The notes under the pieces were generated by a model, which did no database searches, was not told where the DNA came from, and saw only the letters and a program-made list of their open reading frames with translations. The translations under genes and the position numbers were made by a program. This document shows positions 26,343 to 32,000 of a DNA stretch of 32,000 bases, one piece after another. This DNA comes from Candidatus Nanopusillus acidilobi. GTDB taxonomy: Archaea > Nanobdellota > Nanobdellia > Nanobdellales > Nanobdellaceae. The first letter of the stretch is position 1, and each line of letters starts with the position of its first letter. The stretch spans positions 330,001 to 362,000 of the forward strand of contig CP010514.1 in assembly GCA_001552015.1 (NCBI GenBank). Reading direction: 5' to 3'.

Positions 26343-28673
26343 TTACTTAAATAGCCAATTATATATTATTTTTATGTCTCTCTTTATTACTCTTCTAGCC
26401 TCAAACTTCTTTATTTTAAAATAATCGGATATTTTTGCAAAACTCCATGATAATAAAAATTTTCCAATCAATAATTCTTCTTTATCTATCTTTGGTTTAT
26501 CCTTTTCAGTATATAATAAATAATAGATATATAATAATTTTACAACATCTGCAGCAGCTTCATATGTCATAGGTGAAGATAAATAACCTTCCAATCTTTC
26601 TATTTGATTATCTGTCAAATTTAATTTATAATGTGGTTTAAACTTATATGGCGTTTCTAACATTTTTAATATTAGTTCTGGTGATAAATCAAAATATACA
26701 TCTGATATTTGATTTATTAATCTCCATCTAAATTCATAATTTAACTTTTTAACTATCTTTTCTGATTCTTCATTTAAAGGTTTTATTACTATACCAGAAT
26801 ATTCTCCAGAAACCTTATTTTTTTCTGGAGATAAATGAACTAATACAAAATTATTTTTTTGCCAAAAATTTAATAATTCATAAGTTATACCAAAACTAGA
26901 ACCAATCCAATCATAATTATTTTCCTTAGCCCAATTATATAGTTTATCTAATGATAAAGATCCCAAACCCATACTTTGGATTTCTGGTACTGTAGCAATT
27001 CTAACAATCCTTAATCCCTTTAATTTAGCAAATTCCTTTATTCTATAATGTTTAACTATTATATCTGGTATTATATTTCCCTTTGGTTTATAATCTTTCA
27101 ACATTTTATTAATTGTATCATCATCTATACCACCTTCATATGCAATGTGTATTCCATTTACAATTTTTCCATTTGATAATTCTAAAACAAAAGCATCATG
27201 ATGTGGTGCATCAGCAAGCATTGCTATATCATTTGGTTTATTTTGATAATGCGCTAAAATATATATTCCAACAAAATTCTTTAATTTTGAATCATCGTTA
27301 TAAAACCATTCTTTCATTGGTATTTTATAAAATCTTACATCTTTATTTTTTATTAACTCTTTATCATCCTCGTTAATTTCAGAAACTTCAGAATCTAATA
27401 ACAATGTATCATATAGCCATTTTTCAATTGGATCTTGTTCATTATATCTAATTGGCTCAACCATATTATATTTATATATCTTAAAATCCTTCAATGAATT
27501 TAGATATTTCAAAAATTTGACAGAAAAAGATCTACCAGCTCCCTCATATCCATGAATCGTAGAAGAAAATACAATTTTATCATATTTCTTAGTATATTTC
27601 AATAATATATTTATACCAATACCTGCAGCTTCATCAACAAACAAAATATCATATTTTTTTCTCAATATTTCAGATGGTTTTCTATATTCAATATATATCC
27701 TATTATTTATTACTATCTTCCTCTCACTTATTTCCTTATATTTTATATTATTCTTATTTAATCCCAACTTTAAGAATTCAAATAATGTTTCTACATTATT
27801 AAATTCTGGTGATGTTATACCTATATCATATACTTTTTTACTATTTAATAATATTTCAGAAATTCCAGAAATCGCTAAACCAAGAGATGCACTTTTTCCC
27901 CTTCCTCTATCTGCAATAATTAAATATATTGACTTTTCATTGCTTAATAAATTTTCTAAAAGAGAAAGAACATTTGCTTGATCTTGTGTTAAACATAATT
28001 TATATATTCTGTCTGAAAATTTTCTATTATCTGGCAATAATATTTTCTTTCTTCCAGGTGGATATGCTTCTTCTAATATGCATTCATCATTTATTCCCTT
28101 TATTAATCCTTTTTCTATATCATATATAATTATATTATCATATTGAAGTAATTTGTTCTTGAATCTATGTTCAAAATATTTTTTCACGTCTTCCAATTTA
28201 TATGGAGGCGTTAATAAATGTTCATGAAAAGTTGTATAATTTTCTTCAAAATGTTCAAAATCTTTAATTAAGAAAAATGCAATACCAATTCCAGATAAAG
28301 TTTCAACAATTCTACCTATATGATCTGGAGTTAAAGATTTATACATATCTAAAATTAATATATCGTATGTTTTTCCCAAAATTTTTTTAGAATCATTATA
28401 TTTAATTTTTTCTATATCTAAAAAATCTACTTTTTCTTTTAATTTTTGAAATCTATATAAATAATCCCCATTAAAATCTTCAGAGACATATAAAACTTTT
28501 ATTTTATCTTTAAAATTCCTAATTTTTTCATAATATATTTTTAACAAATTGGATAAAATATCAAAATAATCCTTACCCGATAAAACAACAATTCCTCTAT
28601 GATTATTTCTAATTATTTTGCATAATAATTTATTATAATCATTTAATATATCCATATATAAAATATCAACCAA
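26343..28673 (-). CDS. tmcA: tRNA(Met) cytidine acetyltransferase TmcA (Nat10/Kre33 homologue)
   Basis: 776 aa. Walker A IIADRGRGKSASLG, helicase-like domain, GNAT region (RIVRIATVPEIQSMGLGS) and C-terminal tRNA-binding helices. The track start at 28673 is TTG; the first ATG is at 28655 (Met7). Confidence 0.85.
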   Translation of the reverse strand: MVDILYMDILNDYNKLLCKIIRNNHRGIVVLSGKDYFDILSNLLKIYYEKIRNFKDKIKVLYVSEDFNGDYLYRFQKLKEKVDFLDIEKIKYNDSKKILGKTYDILILDMYKSLTPDHIGRIVETLSGIGIAFFLIKDFEHFEENYTTFHEHLLTPPYKLEDVKKYFEHRFKNKLLQYDNIIIYDIEKGLIKGINDECILEEAYPPGRKKILLPDNRKFSDRIYKLCLTQDQANVLSLLENLLSNEKSIYLIIADRGRGKSASLGLAISGISEILLNSKKVYDIGITSPEFNNVETLFEFLKLGLNKNNIKYKEISERKIVINNRIYIEYRKPSEILRKKYDILFVDEAAGIGINILLKYTKKYDKIVFSSTIHGYEGAGRSFSVKFLKYLNSLKDFKIYKYNMVEPIRYNEQDPIEKWLYDTLLLDSEVSEINEDDKELIKNKDVRFYKIPMKEWFYNDDSKLKNFVGIYILAHYQNKPNDIAMLADAPHHDAFVLELSNGKIVNGIHIAYEGGIDDDTINKMLKDYKPKGNIIPDIIVKHYRIKEFAKLKGLRIVRIATVPEIQSMGLGSLSLDKLYNWAKENNYDWIGSSFGITYELLNFWQKNNFVLVHLSPEKNKVSGEYSGIVIKPLNEESEKIVKKLNYEFRWRLINQISDVYFDLSPELILKMLETPYKFKPHYKLNLTDNQIERLEGYLSSPMTYEAAADVVKLLYIYYLLYTEKDKPKIDKEELLIGKFLLSWSFAKISDYFKIKKFEARRVIKRDIKIIYNWLFK

Positions 28674-28696
28674 TTACTTATAATCATTAAGAAATA

Positions 28697-28828
28697 TTAA
28701 CCTTTTGTTAAAGCTATATTAAAAGACGTTAAAACATTAAAACATTTTGTTAATAGAATATTAAACAATAAACAAACATTAGTTAAGTGACGTTAAATCA
28801 TTAACTAAACATGTTAAATATATGTTAA
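28697..28828. promoter_or_regulatory. GTTAA/TTAAC motif array in the tmcA upstream intergenic region
   Basis: GTTAA at 28707, 28728, 28749, 28782, 28792, 28813 and 28824. TTAAC at 28697 and 28801. The 16-mer gacgttaaaacattaa (28725-28740) is repeated with one mismatch at 28789-28804. Function unknown. Confidence 0.4.
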
Positions 28829-28829
28829 A

Positions 28830-30602
28830 CTAAAGTAAATAATATCTTAATTTCATATCAAGAGATTTCAATAATTTTTGATCATCCACAAAAACTATAG
28901 ATAGTCCCTTTGATATTCCTCCAGAATATAATCTAGAAGTTCTTCCAGAAGCTTGTAAATATGTTTTAAGATCTACAATATTTAAATATATATTTTTATT
29001 TTCATCTATTTCTACAGAAACATCTGGATTTTCTTTTAATTTATCTAATATTTCTGACTTATCAAGATAAATTTTTAAGATATTGTATAATGTTAATATA
29101 TCATCAGCAAAGGTTTTTATATATCCGACTAATTCAACTTTATTTCCATTTAAAAAATCAGAAATTAATTTCAGATCTCCAGAAGATAGCTTTTTCATAT
29201 TTTTTCTTAATCTTGTAAGAATTCTTGTTATTCTATTTTTTTCTATCTCAGATATATATGGTAAAATTAAATTAGATAAAATAATTATATTCGTTATATT
29301 TTTCTCAAGATTTGTAATATTTATTTTTATCTTTGGTATACCCAAAAATATTGCATATTTTATTCTTTCTGGCATATTAATCCCTCTAGTTAATATTCCA
29401 TATGGATCTGCGATACTAATTAAGAAATTTATTTTTCCCTCATAAAAATCATTTAATATATTCTCAATTTCTCTTGCCTTTGTTTTTGAATATATTAAAC
29501 CAACTTTTATATTATTTGATATTAAATAATTGTAAATTTCTATCATATATTCTACCCCTTTCTCTTTTGGAACAAATATTAATGCCCCATCTTCTAATTC
29601 TTTTAATAGATTCAATAATTCTTCTTTTATATCTCTCCTTGGAATATAATATACATCTACAACATTCCTAATTTTTGAACTTCCAGTTCCAATGGTAAAG
29701 TTAGCCAGCTCCCTATATAATCTAACTCTTTTTCCTCTTAAACTACCAGTAGCTGAAGATAAAACAATTATTCCATGATTTTTATTTTTAATTTCTAAAA
29801 ACTTTTTATATAAATCACTATTAAAATCTAATTTACCAGCTAATTTTAAATCTATTACTTTTTTAGCAACATTTATATCATCTTCGCTATAACCAATTAA
29901 AACAAATAATTTTTCAATATTTTTTGATCCTTTAAAAAAAGAATCTACATCATCTACAAAAGCAATATCAAATTTTTTATCTTTTAATATTTCAAAATTT
30001 TTAGTTAAAAATTGATTTGAAATAATTAATATATTAAATTCACCATTTTTTATTTTTTCCTTAATTTCTTTTTTATTACCACCATAATATGCTATAAACT
30101 TTATATTTAGATTTAGACTACTTATAAATTTATCAAACAAATCGCTAAATTGCTTTACAAGCAATCTTGTTGGTAATATTATTAGTATCTTTTTGTTGTA
30201 CTCACTAGAAAAGTAAATAGAAGAAACTATAATAAATGTTGATTTTCCAACACCTGTTGGCGCTATCATAGAAAAACTATTGTTTTTATATAATCTTTCA
30301 AACCACATTATTTGTACTTTCCATGGATTAGAATTTAATAATTTTTTAAAAAATTCAGAAAATTTAGTAATTTCTTTATATAAATTATAAATATTTGAAT
30401 AATCTTTTAATTTCCCCTTTTCAGATAATTTTTTATATAGAAGCTCTCTAAAAGTGTTTTCATCCTTTATATTTAATAATTCTAATATTTCTTTATCATC
30501 TAAATCATTTTCACAAGGAAGACCATTTGAAAGCCTATAGGAAGAAATTGTACCATTACAATTAAAGCATAAATTTTTTATATATAAAGGAATATATTCC
30601 AT
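28830..30602 (-). CDS. rgy: Reverse gyrase, helicase-like N-terminal part only (split reverse gyrase subunit)
   Basis: 590 aa. N-terminal Zn-finger-like CFNCNGTISSYRLSNGLPC, then motif I APTGVGKST, motif II FVDDVDSF, motif III SSATGS and motif VI QASGRTSRL. The ORF ends about 40 aa after motif VI, and no Toprim/topo IA domain follows. Confidence 0.85.
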   Translation of the reverse strand: MEYIPLYIKNLCFNCNGTISSYRLSNGLPCENDLDDKEILELLNIKDENTFRELLYKKLSEKGKLKDYSNIYNLYKEITKFSEFFKKLLNSNPWKVQIMWFERLYKNNSFSMIAPTGVGKSTFIIVSSIYFSSEYNKKILIILPTRLLVKQFSDLFDKFISSLNLNIKFIAYYGGNKKEIKEKIKNGEFNILIISNQFLTKNFEILKDKKFDIAFVDDVDSFFKGSKNIEKLFVLIGYSEDDINVAKKVIDLKLAGKLDFNSDLYKKFLEIKNKNHGIIVLSSATGSLRGKRVRLYRELANFTIGTGSSKIRNVVDVYYIPRRDIKEELLNLLKELEDGALIFVPKEKGVEYMIEIYNYLISNNIKVGLIYSKTKAREIENILNDFYEGKINFLISIADPYGILTRGINMPERIKYAIFLGIPKIKINITNLEKNITNIIILSNLILPYISEIEKNRITRILTRLRKNMKKLSSGDLKLISDFLNGNKVELVGYIKTFADDILTLYNILKIYLDKSEILDKLKENPDVSVEIDENKNIYLNIVDLKTYLQASGRTSRLYSGGISKGLSIVFVDDQKLLKSLDMKLRYYLL

Positions 30603-30643
30603 ATTTTCTTTTATTTTAAAAATTAATTTAAAAATATTCTATT

Positions 30644-31243
30644 ATGGATATATCAGATATAATCACTTACTTACAAAAAGAAAAAGAGAAAAAAACATTA
30701 CAAAATTTACAAAAAGATTTTTATGTTAAGGTATCTGAATTATTAAAAAAATACAAAAAACAATTAGAAGCATATAAATCTGATAGTAAAGAATATAGAG
30801 AAGTTATTGCAACAATAGATAGACTAAAAGAATCATTATCAGAATTAATTAATATAAGAATTAGCAAAATAATGAGTAATACAGTACTAGAAGTTAAAGA
30901 AGATCTAAATATAATATCAGAAGATACTTTGGGAGAAGAAGAAAAATTATTATATTCTCTTGTTAAAAAAATATTAAAATCATATAAAGAAAATATACAA
31001 AGCAAGATTATTAATGGAGAAGAAATAGATATCAATAAATTTTTTTCAGATATAAATATAGATGTTTCATTATATCAAAATAAAATAGATAAGAAAATTG
31101 TTGTTATTAAAAATCAATTACCAAAGATTGTTGGACCAAATGGAAAAATATATGGACCTTTTAAAGTTGGAGATATAATAATACTAAATAATAACTTCGC
31201 TGAAAAATTAGAAAATACTGGAATAGGAAAAACAGTTGATTAA
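30644..31243 (+). CDS. GINS subunit (Gins51/Gins15-like) of the replicative helicase complex
   Basis: 199 aa. N-terminal helical A-domain pattern (LQNLQKDFYVKVSELL...INIRISKI) and a small C-terminal B-domain (IVGPNGKIYGPFKVGDIIILNNNFAEKL). Similarity judged from memory of archaeal Gins51. Confidence 0.55.
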   Translation: MDISDIITYLQKEKEKKTLQNLQKDFYVKVSELLKKYKKQLEAYKSDSKEYREVIATIDRLKESLSELINIRISKIMSNTVLEVKEDLNIISEDTLGEEEKLLYSLVKKILKSYKENIQSKIINGEEIDINKFFSDINIDVSLYQNKIDKKIVVIKNQLPKIVGPNGKIYGPFKVGDIIILNNNFAEKLENTGIGKTVD

Positions 31244-31275
31244 ACTTATAAAATTATTTAATATTATTATCTTTA

Positions 31276-31590
31276 ATGAAATTACCAAAGACTATTAACA
31301 AATATTGCCCATATTGTAAAAAAGTTACTGAACATAAAGTAATCATTGTAAAAAGTATAAAAGCTAGGACTGGATTAGTTTGGGGTGCTAGAAGAGCTAG
31401 AGAAGGAAAAAAAGGTAGAGGAAATAAAGGAAAATATAGTAAGAGACCATTATCACAAAGAAAAAGAGGTGTTATAAAATCTTCTAAAGGTGTTGATATA
31501 AGATTAGAATGCAGCATATGCAAGAAACAAACTATATGGGAAATAAAAGGTAGATACAAAAAAGTAGAATTATCAACTGCTATAAAATGA
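31276..31590 (+). CDS. rpl44e: Ribosomal protein L44e (eL42)
   Basis: 104 aa. MKLPKTINKYCPYCKKVTEHKV...ECSICKKQT has the two CxxC pairs and basic loop typical of L44e. Confidence 0.9.
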   Translation: MKLPKTINKYCPYCKKVTEHKVIIVKSIKARTGLVWGARRAREGKKGRGNKGKYSKRPLSQRKRGVIKSSKGVDIRLECSICKKQTIWEIKGRYKKVELSTAIK

Positions 31591-32000
31591 AGTCAAAAAT
31601 ATATTTTGAAGCATTTTCTAACGATAAAGATAAATTAACTGAATTTTTAAATAAAACATTCGATGCTATATCAAAATTCAAAAATTTTCAAATAATAGAT
31701 AAAAAAATTGCTGATCCTATAACAAAAGATATAAAAACCCCGGACGGAAAAACTATAAATGGATGGTCATCCTATTTAGAAATATATGCAGATTTTAAAG
31801 ATTTCGATTCATTAATAGATTTTATACTATTTTATACACCATCAAGAATTGATATAGAAGATATAAAAGAAATGAGAATTATAACAAAAGATAATGAAAT
31901 AAAATATAACAAAGAAAAAGTTAATCTATTATTAAATCAAATACCACAAGCTATAAATATGAAAGTATCTGCATTGTTAAATATATATCTTGCACAAGTT
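31587..32000 (+). CDS. 5' part of an unidentified protein gene (runs off the window end)
   Basis: Its ATG at 31587 overlaps the rpl44e TGA stop (ATGA). The frame is open for 138 codons to the window edge (MKSKIYFEAFSNDKDKLTEFLNKTFDAISKF...). Not in the ORF track because it has no stop. No motif recognised. Confidence 0.5.
   Translation, partial: MKSKIYFEAFSNDKDKLTEFLNKTFDAISKFKNFQIIDKKIADPITKDIKTPDGKTINGWSSYLEIYADFKDFDSLIDFILFYTPSRIDIEDIKEMRIITKDNEIKYNKEKVNLLLNQIPQAINMKVSALLNIYLAQV

Noticed and set aside
28656-28673. TTG start codons used by the ORF track for tmcA (28673) and for the FlaJ-like gene (8682)
   Set aside because: Both have an in-frame ATG 6-8 codons downstream (28655 and 8658) that yields equally complete proteins. 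For the FlaJ-like gene, the ATG also removes an awkward divergent overlap. The TTG starts are possible but not preferred, and sequence alone cannot decide.
28674-28829. The GTTAA-rich spacer, considered as a replication origin (it lies near a GINS gene and reverse gyrase)
   Set aside because: There are no inverted ORB-like elements (nothing like the GTTCCAGTGGAAAC-type mini-ORB), and no adjacent cdc6/orc1. The repeats are direct rather than flanking an unwinding element. I kept it as an unexplained motif array, not as an origin call.
19101-30602. Short thrS and rgy ORFs, considered as pseudogenes or truncations
   Set aside because: Both ORFs are intact, start and stop exactly at domain boundaries, and keep all catalytic motifs. 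Both also match split architectures known in other archaea. There are no frameshift remnants of the missing domains in the adjacent DNA.
19765-31559. Antisense ORFs 19765-19992, 21883-22152, 24317-24502, 24499-24762, 27113-27376, 27929-28129, 29083-29445, 29474-29671, 30721-31035 and 31254-31559
   Set aside because: Each is embedded in a confidently identified gene on the opposite strand (thrS, the archaellins, tmcA, rgy, GINS, rpl44e). ORF 24499-24762 stays open only because the Ala-rich archaellin helix is locally GC-rich.

Overview
This is a very AT-rich, extremely gene-dense archaeal chromosome segment. I call 31 protein-coding genes (29 complete, 2 cut by the window edges) and 4 tRNAs. 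I saw no rRNA, CRISPR array, transposase, integrase or recognisable defence gene.

Several features point, by inference only, to a reduced-genome hyperthermophilic archaeon of the Nanoarchaeota/DPANN type:
- a stand-alone reverse-gyrase helicase half
- a threonyl-tRNA synthetase (ThrRS) without its editing domain
- a two-subunit tRNA splicing endonuclease
- GC-rich, CCA-less tRNAs in an AT-rich background
- many 4-74 nt gene overlaps and convergent genes with 0-7 nt spacing

Housekeeping genes: infB, the rps28e-rpl24e-ndk chain (rpl24e is absent from the ORF track; I found it by hand), thrS, endA alpha and beta, a RumA/TrmA-type m5U methyltransferase, sufB, tmcA, a GINS-like subunit and rpl44e.

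Cell-envelope genes:
- An N-glycosylation cluster: a very long aglB, an Alg7/AglH-type transferase, a flippase-like fusion protein and a PfkB kinase.
- Three archaellin-family genes, interrupted by the methyltransferase gene.
- An ~8 kb block between ndk and infB, the most interesting region. It holds two single-domain FlaJ/TadC-like platform genes placed head-to-head, a pilin-like protein, two uncharacterised membrane or secreted proteins and tRNA-Lys. It also encodes a 1209-aa secreted protein that is rich in N-glycosylation sequons and almost free of charged residues. That protein has four 303-bp tandem repeats forming a 2x2 module mosaic and a C-terminal beta-helix. No assembly ATPase lies in the window.

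One further oddity is a 156-bp intergenic region upstream of tmcA that is packed with GTTAA/TTAAC motifs.

All functional calls rest on motifs read from the translations. No database search was possible.
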